64,000 nucleotides of DNA, taken from NCBI GenBank assembly GCA_040954595.2, contig CM082595.2:953690-1017689 (forward strand), given 5' to 3'. Each line of letters begins with the position of its first letter. The first letter of the stretch is position 1. Below the pieces are notes generated by a model, which was not told the DNA's origin, did not search any database, and saw only the letters and a program-made list of their open reading frames with translations. The translations under genes were made by a program, and so were the position numbers. Positions 13,101 to 27,700 of the stretch are shown here, piece by piece. The stretch is from Balanoglossus misakiensis (Eukaryota; Animalia; Hemichordata).

Positions 13101-16100
13101 AGGAAATGTCATTTCTGGTCAACGACCTTGCCAGGATAGAATTCATGTATAGAACTTTCCAGTAGACTTGTTTTTATACCAGACTGAGTAAACGTTGGTG
13201 GTCCAATTCCCTTGGAACTTGTACTGTACAAGCTTTTGTTGATTGAAATATAAAAGATTGATTTGTGAATGGCAAAATAAGCCTACTTTATATTCCATTT
13301 GTAGCAGACATCCCCGAGTGTTGTTATTACGATTGATCAAGCCAAAGGTTCCCAAATCCAACCTATTTACTGCATAGTTCCCTGTGGTGATCACTGTTGT
13401 TGTTGATAGACAGATTACATGCACATCAGGCATTTCTTGTTTGTTTAGTGTGGTTCAGCTTGTAACTGTGTTTTTGTTAAGGGAGGTACCCAGGTAAATC
13501 TATGTTATCTGGGTTTCCCAGTCATTTCACCAGTAACCAAGTCATTATACCAGCAAATACGCTCAGGTATTGCATCAGAGAAGAATTTTATTAACCATAT
13601 TTAGACCCAGGGGCAGTTCAGAGAAACATCTTGCATGCATATACACACTTTGAACCAAGTAATTACGACCAGAATAAATTCTATCAATTCCTTTCCTATC
13701 TATTGTATGCTGGGATATGATGTATGCTTTTAATAACCAGTATCGTTATCAAAATAATCTTTTTAATCAAGGTAAAAGCCCTGTGATGCATATTCTGCTG
13801 TTGCAATTACATCAGGGAAATTGCATCATGGGAGAATTTTGCTGTCAATTTTGTATAGCACTATCCAAATGTCATGACCTGGGTCTGTATATTTGAAGTT
13901 TATTAAGTGGGTGTACAGTGGGGCAGATGACTGCCATGGCTCTGTCAATGACGCTTGATTCACTGTAGATAGATGTAGGCATCCAACACAAGTATGCTCA
14001 GCATGTTTGTAGCAGTGATGAAACAGCTCACTATATGTCTTAATCCTACCAATTTGGCATACAATCATGCAACGTAATGAGAGATAACATTAGCGCTTTA
14101 CAGTTTCAAAATCCTGTTACGGAACCATGTCTAATGTCAGGCTCCTAATGTTGACAGACAACAAAAGGAGGAAATCCAACTACATGAAAAGGAGACCATT
14201 TTGGCCGTCCTTTTGTATCGCTTTTCGCTTCATTAGGAGAACTCAGTATAAATGCTGAACAATAATAAAACCAGACACAGTGCAAAGCTGTTTTTAGTTA
14301 AACAAAGTGTAGGGAATACCCTGCAGGGATTGGCAACAAAAGACAGGATTACATCCATTGACATTTTGGCATTATTGTAAAAAAAAACATCTCTCAGCTT
14401 ACAAAGCCCTGCCCCGAAATCTAGTCGGGTACGAGACAAGACCACTTAACTGTAAAAACTAAAGTCTGTTCCAATGACCTGCAGGCAAAGCCTCTGAATG
14501 GACGCATTAGACACTGTAAACATCAGAAGTACATTTGTACTGCACATAGACCAGAAACGGCAATCATTGAGTCGGAATCATGCACAGAAGTAGAATTGTG
14601 TCAAACAGCGTTCAACAGATGTGATCGTTTCCCACTGAGAAGTACTTTTCAAACAGTGACATACATTGATCTGATGAAGCTGTAGCAAGCTCTTGGTAAG
14701 ATTGCAAGGAAAAATCAATAAAGAGGAGAAATGTTTTGTTGAATTGGCCGGAAGCAGTCTCAAATTAAATTTAAATAACCACTGATATTGATGAGTTAAT
14801 ATCCAGATTTCCTGTTATATCCAGACCTGGTAATATTATTACAAAACCTGATTGTCATCTATTGTTGTGTCATAATTGATTTCTGACACGCAATCGCTGG
14901 CTATAGATCCACATCCCTCATGCTGGTGTATTCTGTTGCTCGAGTGTCTCTACTGACTGGTTTTTGTTTTTGCAGTTTCCGTATGCAATACTAAAAGACA
15001 CAACTGCCAGAAGGATGGCTGTGGACCCGTAGCTTGCAATCACCCAACATCATTTCAACAAATCCAATGTGTTCCACCTTGAACTCTATCAAGGGCATGC
15101 GGTGAACATTGAGTATTTACGCTTGTGCATCAATTTGAATTAATTTGCATCTATAGTAGCTAGTTTCGGTGTTTTGCTCTTTGGGATATTAAGTTAACTG
15201 GGTAGAATCAATCGTGGACTTAAGCTGTCTTCAAATGAACTCACAAAATTGATGATGCCAAACATCGTATCCATAGATAAACATTTTAAGTCGCATACAT
15301 GTAGCCATAGTATGTCAATATTGATTCACCACAGTATTGCAGAGCTGACAAATGTAATTACATGTGAAAATATTTTATGATTAATAAAACTGGGTATGCG
15401 ATATTTATAGCTGACAATTCCTAGGGTAATTCATGGGCTATTTTATCAAGAAAATGAAAAATAAACAAAATTTGCACTCACTCAAGACTGAATATCACTC
15501 ACCAATCATTCTATTACTTTTCTAATTTATTGATTTTCCTTTTCTATCATGGGAGACACTTCAATCACGATGCTGTTTAATTTGAAATATGAATGGAAAT
15601 TTGACAAATTTATAGAGTTTGAACAGATGGGTTTATGCATAGCAGTTCACGTTCTATGCAGCTTTAGCGGTCATTAGACTCACTCGACCTCGTAAAATGT
15701 TAATTACAGTACTATCAATAAGAGTTTGATTTCCACCTGGATACCAAGACCATAAATACTAATTTTCACAGACACTCAGGGAAATGATGATTTTCACAGA
15801 ATTGGGTTTAGCACTCAATATGTCGTTGAGTGAAGAATGAGAGTAATCAGGTTTAAAGACAATGAGAATTTATGACTGTATGTGAAGTGTAATAAGATAG
15901 TTGATCAAATTTATAGTCTTTAGACCAAGTTGTATATCGATCAGCCTGAAGGCTTGCAAACAAACAGTGCTTTCTGTCTGCCTGAGGATTTGTTCAGCTT
16001 GGGCTGGTTAGTTGAGTTCACATAAAGTTTTAATAGAAGAGTTAACTACAATTGCATTCGGCAATGTATCCAACATGTCGAAGATTCAAATTGTGTACGG

Positions 16101-19100
16101 TTCAACTACTTATTGAATATATCTAAAGTTTCTGTAAAGTCAATGACCCATTGTTAACGTAGGCATTTATATCCAGTGTGGTAGGTATGATAGGATTATG
16201 AACTGCAAATGTCACACTTATTGTATTACACATCCAATCTGATATCATATTTTCCTCTGTGTGCATTTCTTGCATACAGAGAAATATGAGAATAATGGTA
16301 GGGATTACTTCTATATTAGCCGTGGTACTGATACAGTAAAACATGGGGAAAAGCTGACAGAGTTCTTGCCCTCTTGAGGACACTGCTGGCATAAGCTGAG
16401 AACATCTTGCTTGTCAAAATACATTCAACTTTTTCTATATTCCAAGCAAGTATGCATGTGATTTTATCAGCATGGCCGTTTCATCATTCACCTCATCCAA
16501 TTCAACAGACAACAAACCATTCATCACGCAAATATTTCTATATCTGCTGCTTTTCCTTATCTTGCTTTTTTTCATGTGGTTGTCAAAAAGAAAAAGTCAT
16601 TCTCATTCAGGGGCATTACAAAGCTCGATATGAAGTAAAAACTCAATAACCTCTATCAATATTCCTCTATTAGCTAACGCTTTGAAATGATGTGGACACT
16701 ACATGTATGTATTGATTTACTAATATCTTGGACAATATCCTATTAGTTTTTTGCTGCGAGATATGATATGATATCCCTTTCTGTATCTTACAATGTCACA
16801 AGAATGCATCTCCTGCAGTTGTTAGACTAATACTGTGATATGAATTTCTTCAGTTACTGTTCTAGCTGTTTTATAACATTTGCTATACCACCCTTCCCAA
16901 AGAAATTCTCATTTTGTAATGTTCATATTTGCACAATTCCAGCCCTCATGCAAATTTTATATTTACACAAGCACCAGTGTAACTTTTTTGTATATATTGG
17001 CAAATCCTTTGATGAAAAAAGAATTGGGGCTTGTGTAAGTAAGAGCACAGCTGCGTTTCCGACGGACATATTAACCGAGATATCAGCTATACCTTTTACA
17101 TCACTGGCCTCTTTGCACATATACAACTTTCCATAGTCAGGGATACAGTTGTAGCTGGTGGTTATCTGAGTCAAGTAAAACTAGCTTCAGGGAAATGGAT
17201 GGTTTTAGCCTGTGCATGGACTTGTTCAAAATCTTCCCTGGCTTATACTCAGTAGATAGTTCCATCAAGAGATAGGCTCTTTTATAGCAGAAGATAAACT
17301 GGTTTTCCTCATGCATGAAGCTGTACACAACTCACAGAGGATTTAGTCGTACTGTGCTGTCTCAGCCAGAGCCTACTGCTTGAGTATTTCTCAGAAGTAA
17401 CATAATTTCTGTCAGTAGAAAGACAGGTTTCGCGTCTTGGGAGTGCAAGGAAGGCATGGTTGGATGCATGTGTCAGTTAGTCGCATGTTCTGTATGTTAG
17501 CGTTGACCTTCCTCGGGAACTCAGGCAGCTGATAACATCAGCAATCCCGACAATTTCTTTCCTTCAAATCGCAAGTTCCGCAAGGTCTAAAAGTAAATAT
17601 ATTCTGATGTTGCCTGACAGATAACTCAGACATCTTGGCAGCTGAGTCTCCATAAATATTACAAAACTCTCAAGGGGGTATTGCTAATGCTGTGATAATT
17701 CAGAAGTCGCAAGAAATAATTTGCATCTTAGTACGAGGAGATAATTCAACTTGTCCAAAGAAATATATATATGTAGATGGATCAATTATGTTTGGAAGTG
17801 ATATATGTACATAAATAAAAACTCTGAAATTACAAATTTGTGATTTCCCCAAGGGGCAGATTTGCTGTAATGGTGGACCACCACTGATAGATGGTGTTGA
17901 TGATGATATCTAAATCAGTGCCCTCGAGATAAAACGAATAAATTCTACAAAACAAGCAGGAAAGCAAAGTATATCCTCAGGCCACGTATTTGAAAGCTAC
18001 CATATCCTATGACCAGTGTGTAAAACGTTACGAGGCAGTGCTGTGTTTTATTAGCGATTTTTATCACAAGGTTGTTGTTATCTTTAAGTTCAGAAGTTAT
18101 TGCTGATTTGCAAGTACAATTCAGAGGCATCCAACAGTGTTGAATCACTTGTACATGTATGTGAGATTGCTATGAGTATCTTTTGGATTCAGACTCTTTG
18201 ATGCATCATTCACAAACCAAGACATCTTCTGTTTGCACAGGTATTCAGTTTACAGTTCACAATATGATTGGAAAACATTCAAAATAAGTTTTCTGATCTG
18301 CTGAGATATTGTTCACTTTATGATTAATACCACAATCAAAGAGACACAAGTATTGGAACAGTTGTATGTGGTGTACCTTAAATCATATACCTTAAATAAT
18401 ATGTTGGAAGTTTTGGATGACAATTCTAATCTCACAAGGTTCATTGGAAAATTGATTACACCCTGAAGGTGATACTTTTCATGCATAAAAACAGGATCAT
18501 TAAGATTTTATTTGCCTCATTGATTATGCCCTCATGGTTTATGTGTGGCCAGTTCAGTAGAGATATAAACTTTGCCATTAACAGAGGTGATTGTGCAGGC
18601 CGTTTGGCCAATGCTAATTTAATGGAAAATCAATTGCTTTGCTTTAGGCAATCTGTCAGGCTCTTTTGGCTCATTAAGAAACACCTGATAAGATTCTGTG
18701 TCTGTAAGACATCTCGGATAACCGTTTGACTTCTTCCATGTGTTCTGTTTCTCTCTCTCTCTCTACATATTCTATTCTAATCTATTAGGGCTTTACGGAC
18801 ATTGATATAATTTTGGAATATGTGTCTCACTGGGTCTGAAAATGTAAATACGATGTGTATTCCATGACATCTATAAGCCTACTTTGTGGACTCCATCTAC
18901 ACAAGGGCCATACTGACAGGTCAAGGAAATCCTAAAAGTATATGAAAATGAATTACATTTTCAGGGCCATATATGCAAATATGATTCATTATGCATCAAA
19001 TTATTGAAATCGTATTTTGCCAATACAGGCAGTGTAGATACCAAGGTGATTGCTGAACACAGAACACTTATGCATGTACTGTATTTGTTCAATTTCCCCT

Positions 19101-21790
19101 GGGCACCATCCACTTTGCTAGTCTTTATCCTTCATAGACCCTAAATGGACCTTAAATTGACTGGGGTTGTGCTTTTAACTCAACCCAATACGATCAGATA
19201 CTGATGTTACCACACAAAGTGTGTTTGTTCAGATTGAAACATTACACTGATCCATCCATTAATTATGCAGCAGATGTGTATCATCTTTTTGGAAATATTT
19301 ATCCATTACTCTGAGAGATGCATGCGTATTGAATTGCAAGGTGTGAATCTCTCCTGAGTGTCATAGACTGCCGACAACTGCTTGTGTTGTTGTGTGCGAG
19401 TCAATAGGAACATGATATGGAAAAACGTTGCTCTACAAAATTGGTATTAGAAACTCCTGAGATGCATAGGACTGCATCATTGACAGAAAGCTAATAATTA
19501 TTACTTTCCAACTTGGAAAATATTTTGATACACGAGTCAAACCTAAATGTTGCTTTTTTGTTCAGAAGTGAAAAACAAGTCTGAGAGAAAGACTTGATAT
19601 TTTATTCACAAAGTAGACAAAGTTGTTCCTGTCAACAAGAATTCATATTACTTTTTAATGACCTGTGCACCATCATCGTAAAAATCACACCACAAGGTGA
19701 AATTTTCAATACCACAGTTTATTGCCTTGGGAAATTTCTATGCATACTAATGATGAAGGAAATCCAATGCATACAGAGTAGATATAACTGAATGTCATAG
19801 TGTTGAGTTGTCAAAGATTGTTAATATTCACTGATATAATGTGAATGCCACAGTTCAGTGTGACAAGACTATTAATGTGTATCTGTTACTCTGTCACGAA
19901 TACAATCATCTCTATTATAAACTGTTTTTGCAATATCTATACCATTGCAATCAGCTTGCGGGTATTATGAAGTTCATCAGCATGTTTTCCAATTCAAAAC
20001 AGTTTCCAGTTAAGTGGAAATTTAAGTCAAATTGTATCAAATTCATGTCTGATACTGCCAACATCAAATCCATCAAACAGGAAGTCTCTCCATTGCTATG
20101 AGGTGCTTTTCATAGTTGGAATTCACTGTGTAGCCAAACAGACAGACAGAAATGCTCACTGAAAGACGTGAGGAAGTGTATTGTGGATTGGAATTGATGC
20201 TGTGGTTATTTCACACCTAGTGAACCGAAACTAGCGGACACATGCAGTTTAACTGTCAAATTTATTGTGTTGCTGCCAACAAGAATGCATTCCTAATAGG
20301 TTGCTAATGGGCTTAGCTACTGTGATTACTCTGTCATGTCAGAATTTTCTTGGTTCAAATGCATCAAATTGTCACTTGCAATTATCTTAATTGTGAGATT
20401 TTGTGAAGAAATCTCGGAATTATTGTCACTCTGAGATAGACCCACAGCAGGTTTGCTGAAACGAGTTGATGTGAATGGTTGATTTGTAAAATAGGATGGC
20501 CCACGCATCAATATCTACATGATTCATAAAAAGCCAAATCTGTGCAATTTAATGTTTCTAGATCGGATTTCTCAATCTGTTCACACATGTGTACATCCTT
20601 AGCATATATACACATATGTATCATACTTATTTGCAACGTCGTCAGTACATTACTTAATTGCAATCTTCAAAAAGATGATCTTTCTGAAAAAGGATGCAAT
20701 AAGTAGCCATCTCAACCATACATCTCAACTCACACAAGTATTTAGGTTTCTTTCCAGAATCTACAATTACAAATGGCAAATCCCGAAACGAAAGGCATGT
20801 AATCACATCCATACTGCACATACTTGTGTTGAAAATGATCGTTTTGGCATATGTCTGCGGCATATGGTTGGTATTTATGTCTGTCTGAACTAAGTGAAAT
20901 ATGATGAGGAATGTACGTGTTTGGTTGCCAAGATCCAGACAGCTTGTAAAAGTAACATTTTCTGTTTGAGAGAGTTTGCCTTGGAGTCCAGTTGTAGTAA
21001 TATTTCCTTTTACCCTTTCATCACCATGGTTTGCTCCAAATCCATTGTTTACGAAGCTGTGTTTTGAGTATTATTGCTTGATCTGAATTAAATGATTTAT
21101 TTCACCATATTGAAGATGTCCTGTACGACAGTAGTTAAATAACTTCTCTGAAATTTTAAGAGCACTTTTAGTTACACCTATTAATTAGCCAGGACATTGG
21201 CAGAATATTTATCATGGAATTCCTCGGCGCAAAAAGCAATAAAAATCAGTGACTGGGATTCAGGATACTTAATATATTCTGCAGGGACAAGAATAGTCAG
21301 AGTTTATAGGCCATCAGAGAGTCCTAAAACCTAGAATTCTACATAATAAACCACTCCTTTAGAACATTTCGCGAAAGAACAAAATGTACAATAGAATGTT
21401 TTTCAGAGATAAGCGAACGAAATAGTCGCCTCTGTTGATATCGCAAAACACAAAAAATTTCCGTTTGACAGTTTCTTATACATCAGCTGCAACGCACAAC
21501 AAACATTCCCACATGCCTCATCCAGAGAATGGCAAGTTTGACGTCAGTGACCAGTGCAAATATGAAGGGACCTCAATCAATAGTGATTTGTCTCTTGAGA
21601 GTAACTGAACTAGTCTGCTTGATTTAATGAAGAGAAACAGGAAATTTTATCGGTGATCTGTGGGTTACCAAGCAATGCCACAGATATAGTTGGCATGATT
21701 TATACATGTGTAACTTGCAATAGGAGAAATTACCCTGGTGTGAAATATCATTATTGTATTCTTATGATCTTTATTGTTGTTGTTCTGCAG

Positions 21791-24700
21791 TTGTACAAAG
21801 TCCAAGAGGAAAAAAACGAAAGGCAGATGATATGAATGGTTGCATAGCAGATGGTGAATCTAATGGTCGATTACAGATGCCCACTGCGACAGTGTTAACA
21901 TTACCAGCTGATCTGATGCAGCCTCTTTACTGTAAACTGTGTTCTGTCAGTTTGAACTCGCCACAACAAGCACAAGCGCACTACCAAGGGAAATGCCACG
22001 CCAAAAAAGTGCGCCAGTATTTGCAGAAACAGGGCCAGGTCTTGCTACAGGTCCACCTGCAGACTCAACAGAACCAGGAAAATAACTCGGACACACCATC
22101 ACCATCGCCATCTCAAGAGGAGCAAAACACCGCACCACAACATCAAAACGGTGTTCACAAACCGGAACCACCAGAAAAAGAGCCCACGTCCCCGACGACG
22201 ACGACAAACAACACAAGTAACGGAGTAATGCACACAAAGCTTGCCAGCTCCGATGACTTTTGTAAAATTTGTGGAGTTTCGTTTAATTCACCAACGCAGG
22301 CACAGTCGCACTACCAAGGCAAGAATCACGCCAAGAAACAAAAAAGTTTACAAACGCCGCCCAACAAGACAACAGTTGAAGATCCAACAATTCCAAAGTA
22401 GGTGTCTGGATACACAAAATGCAAACACAGAATTCTGATACTTTTTTCTAATTTCACTAAAATACAGTCACAGGGACTGAATAAGATATTTAGATTATTT
22501 ACACACAGGGTGAGTATAAGAAACATGAAAATGCTTTTACTGAGTCAGTATGTTAACTGAGCTACTTTGCATGGGAAATGAGCATATCTGAGTGATTGCT
22601 GATACACACCATGGCTTGAATACTCTAATATTAGATGATTATGATTAGCCTGTCAAATCAGCCTTGAATGCAATTTCTAGAATAATATTAAATATTAAAA
22701 TTATTGAGGATTATTAAGGAGAAGAGCGGTGTATCAGCGTTACATCTCCTGGCAATTGCAGGGTTGACACAGTTTTGAAAGGCACAACCATATCTGTTAA
22801 ACATCAAAGGGAAATTCCAGGGATGCAAGGCGAGACAAAAGCTCATATATACATCCCCTGGAAAAATTCCAAATCCCAAATGCAAATTGTGGAATGAATA
22901 GGACAGTCAACCTTACGGCAACATCCTGATGAATCGATGTTGATGCAAAAAGTCAACATTTTCAATAAAAAAATCATATTGAATTGAACCAGACACATTT
23001 ATACAACAAAGCGTTAAAAATCAGGAAATCATTATTGTAAATTTTGTTAACATCTTTCACACCCGCTGCCTACTTGTATAAAAAATTCATAGAGGCATTT
23101 TATGTGAAGTCCCTGGTGATTTGGAAAAAGGAATCACGAATCGGCGGACTTGGAGAAAAGTTCAAAGGATCAAAGGCACACTTCTGAGAGCAATTTCCCA
23201 TAACTTGTACTCCTGGGCAATATGTTAGCATTCACAAGCACATTTGATGTCTGATGCGTTTGATGTCAAATCAGCAGCTCATTGAATTGTATAAGCAGCT
23301 CCCTATTGACTCTTGCGTGATATTGATTAAGTCTGTAAACTATGTTGGCTGCATTGACAAGAGTCTCATAATGACGTAGCCACGGTATAAAGCAAAGAAG
23401 CCACTCAATGAAGCGTTATCTTGTCTTTGTGAATGCACACCATCTGAAGTCAATAACACATGCTTTATTCCCCACAGAGCATTTCCATTCCACTGTCAGA
23501 TTTTGAAGCAGCCCTGATAGAATCTTTATTGCCAGAGTTCTGTAACAGTCACATCGCCAGGCAATACATGGGGGAAAATCTCTGGCTACACGGCAGCTAA
23601 AATCCCATCTTTGAATTCCAGCTTTAGTGCCAGATTTTTTGTTGATAACTGCAGCAGTAACTATTGTCTACCTATCTGGCTATCTTTCACAAGACAGACT
23701 ATTTCAACCATAAGGAAGGAAAAAAATCACAACATATATTACTATTCCACTTGGCAAACAAGGCTATTGACTCCTGTACACTTGCATTGAAAGCATGTGG
23801 TAAATTTGATTGCGTATTGGAAATCGCGTCACCTCGTTGAGGCAAGCTAAGTGAGCAATTTTCACTTGAATGCTGCAGTTGGCGGAAAAGCTTCCTCCTA
23901 ATTGAGTTACTGGCCGGGTAAATTTAATTTTGTTTCCGTAATTCAGCGTAAATGGACGCCTTCTTTCTTGCATTTTGTTTGAGCAGCCTTTGAGTGTTTG
24001 CTGGAATACTTGCCATGTATCAGTAACCAGGCTTCCTTAAGAAACAGGTTTCATGTCTCTAAGTGAATGTACTGTTAACAACAGCGTGGTTGTGTGGCAG
24101 TTAGTTTTGGAAATGGAATGTTTATTGGTGACAACTTTTTGTGAAAGATAAGAATTCACAGTTCACACCAGTGAAGGTTAATTCTTCCCCGAGTGCGGCG
24201 AGCAATTTGTAAATGAGCACTTAGCAACCACTCCAGGAGGAATCACCCTCTTGCTCGTCCTGACAGATTTTCTACCACTCATTTGGAAAACGCAAATCTC
24301 CAGTGATTTCAGATGAAGTCAAAAAGGACACAAAGCATTAACCTTTTGCTCTATTAACCTGTATGTGCATGCAGTATTGAAATACAGCATTTGGATGACA
24401 GTTCTCAGTGAGTTCAGTTATCGAAGGATTGAGGTTTTTAATCGGCAGAGATAACCTTAACAATTCTCACACCCCTGCAAAGACCTCTACAGGCTTTTGC
24501 GAGACAGTGTAATGTGAAATGTGAGCTGACAGTCTAGCAGACTGAAAGTAACGAACTAGATCATCATGAACCCAGAGTTAATGAAATGCGTTTGTTAATA
24601 AAGACAGCGTGACAGTTTGAAACTCACTTATCACATTACAACAGTTAAGATTGATTAAATTCCAACACCTGTCCTTGAATCAATAAGGAAGATACAGTAA

Positions 24701-27700
24701 TTCATTAAAACTGGAAATGAATAATAGGTTTGATAATTCATGTGGCAAGTCAGAGTTCCACATTTTACCACTGGCAATATCGTGCATCAGAAAGAATGCC
24801 TTCAAACATTTATTAAAGACTTTGACGTCTGTATACACATTTGTTTAATGTAATTATATCGACCAATTTACATTTCTCTCTGTTATTTTGACATTCCAGA
24901 GATCAAGTATAAACAGTGGATAAGAGTCTCAAGTTTTGGAGTTGGGTTTGAAGTTGGTTGGGCAAACGATTCGACCATTACATTGCAGTGACATTGAAAT
25001 GAACTATTGCTAAATCACTGGTAATATAAGAGTTGTTTACAACTGCAATGCTTGAGTGTTGCCGTGACCGACTTGAACACCAGGCAATCAATCGCCACTT
25101 CCTAAATATCGATCCATGAGAACACATGTAAGAAAATTCGCACACAATTATTCAAAGCTGTGGCAGCAAAAATCAATACTATGCTTCCCTTGTTATATAT
25201 GCAGTTTGCATATCCTCCATCTGCCTGATCCCATCAACTGCAGTTTTTCACGTTATACTTCCACAGTTTCTATGGAACAGATGATATTACTTAATGCAGT
25301 TATGCCATTATTGCCAAGATTTATTCCGTTGGAATTTTTTCTACACTGAGGTCAGTTCAAGTACTTAGATGCAATTGTAGATGATATATGCGCGTATGGA
25401 GTGACACTCTGACATGGCTAAGTGGTCATTACATGTGCTTGAAGATTGTCCTGGACTCAATTCAATTGTCAGATGGTAGATAACGCACCTAAATGAACCC
25501 AGGGTTCTTTTAATCAAATGGATTAAATCGTGACAGTAATGCATGGGACATTTTCAAGTCATTCTTTCATGGCATTGCTGATTTAAATTGCTTTAATTGA
25601 CATTCTAGCAAACAGTAATATTTTCCATGTCTTTGTATGTTTATATTCAGTGTCTGACACTTTACTTTGAATAAAATCCATAACTTGCAAAATTTATGTG
25701 AACTATAGCTTCAGTAACATTAATAACCTATGCTTATTCAGTTTCAACCAAGAGACACTTTCTGAAATGGCTTAAAAATGAAATATGCAGGTGGGCTTGT
25801 AAGAATAATGGCATATTTTGCACAGCCTGTTGGGAATTACTATTCATGGCCAGACTCTTCAACAGATGTTCAGCTTGTGTGAAATTTTCCCTCTCTGAGA
25901 TCACCGTTCAATGATTAATGATCACGGAAAGTGCTTAAGGCAAATCTTTCCTGTGCCTTTTGTTTGACAAATGTAGGGCAGTTGTCAGAAGGTGAATTAC
26001 CTGTGTGACTGTGCATTCATTCAGATCTCTGCGGAGAGATCATTCAACTGGTTGATTTAATAGTCTCCATTCTTTCTGTTCTGTGCGAGGTGCATTTTCG
26101 CAGATTCTGAATTGAGTTACAGAAAATTCCTTGAGGAAACAATCAGCAACAAACAGGGAAACTTAGAAGGTGCATACACAATAACAGTCCCTCATGTGAG
26201 GTGAGAAACATAAGGATAAAGACATGTGGCCTCAATGCAGACAGCAACATTCTTTGGGATGTCCAATGATATCTCCTGCTAGGCCGACCAGTCTTTTTAT
26301 AGATTGATAGGCATGTGGTTTGATGTTGTTTTAAGAGTAAATGTGGTAATGGGGGGATTGTTGTCTGAAGCATAAAACTTGATACATTGTGGGATCGATC
26401 TAGACTGGGGACAGTCACTCACATCTAACAGTACTGTCAATATCTAATGTTGAGATCATTCCTTCAGCAGCTGATTGTGATATTGATAAATTAGTATATC
26501 GAGTTGTCAGTATTACTGTCTATAGTGCATGATAACTATTCAAAAATTACGTTGTGTGAGTTCGTCAACTTAATTTCAAAACTTCGACAAACTTTCACCA
26601 AGCGTTGTTTGCACAGTAATGTGCAATACATCATGACATGTACATCAGAAGTATGTGCATCATGATGGCATGATATATGCATTCTCGCGAACCAGAGAAT
26701 TATTTCCGCTCCACAAACCAACGCAAGAATTAACCACGCTACCTCTTTATGGTAACACTAGTAGCTGTTGCCATAAAGGGCCAGTTTACGATGAGGGGCA
26801 TATGAAGCAACTTGCATTCCAATGCACAAATAGTGCCTATTGGACTTGTAATGAACAGAATCAAACACGTAATTAGCCCATTGCACCTGTGACCTTTCCC
26901 TGATGAAATATAATAAGACACGGACAACTTTAATGTCGTGTAGATGAATGGCAATATGTCAGTTAACTGGAGTTTAATACCCTCAGTAAATATAAATTTA
27001 TACACCACGATTTGCACGTAGACAAAGTGTCAGACATTTTTGTCATTGTAGGCCCCATTTCTCCATCTGCAGTATAAATATTTTGCAGTTAACTATTTAA
27101 TCTTTACATTCTGTGATGTTCCACAGTCCATTTGCTTTGAAACTTTGGTCTGATTCTAGATTTTGTGTGCTGTAACATTCATCACCTATTGTGAAGCTTG
27201 TTTTAGATTTTGATGACTGCGGTGTTCCGATTAATCAAAATGCTGACACGGTTCGTGGGATGCAAGTGTGTACATACTCAACATGTGATGGTCAGTGAAG
27301 CAAATAATTGCTTTGGGATGTACATGTAATTGAAACTTGGAATTTCAATGTCAGGAAACTCGGAAGAGACTAGATAGCGAGCGGGCACTTGTAATGACTC
27401 AGATTGTGTCTGTGCTGAAGTTCTCATCATCATCTGGGTCAGTCTGCCTTTAATCACAGCAGGAGCTAAAATGTCTAGAGTTAGTGTTCCTGAAAAGAAA
27501 AACTTCATACAGATATTTCAAGACAGGTTCTTTAACTTTTATATGATCATGTGCAGTGTGTGACCCGGACATTTTTCTAAACGGAAATCAGTGACATTCA
27601 GATGGTTTGTATTTACGTAACTCACAGATGTTGGATTTCAGTGACACTGTTTTAAATCTACCATCTATGTGAAGTTACAAACTTCTGAAGTCTGTATGTT

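Noticed and set aside
16400-17400. Stretch with coding-like texture on the minus strand
   Set aside because: All frames are interrupted and no domain or transposase motif was recognised.
5445-21790. p53 response element expected from vertebrate ZMAT3 biology
   Set aside because: Only isolated half-sites were seen by eye (e.g. AAGCATGTCT ~10532, AGACAAGCCA ~12802), with no canonical paired RRRCWWGYYY. A PWM scan is needed.
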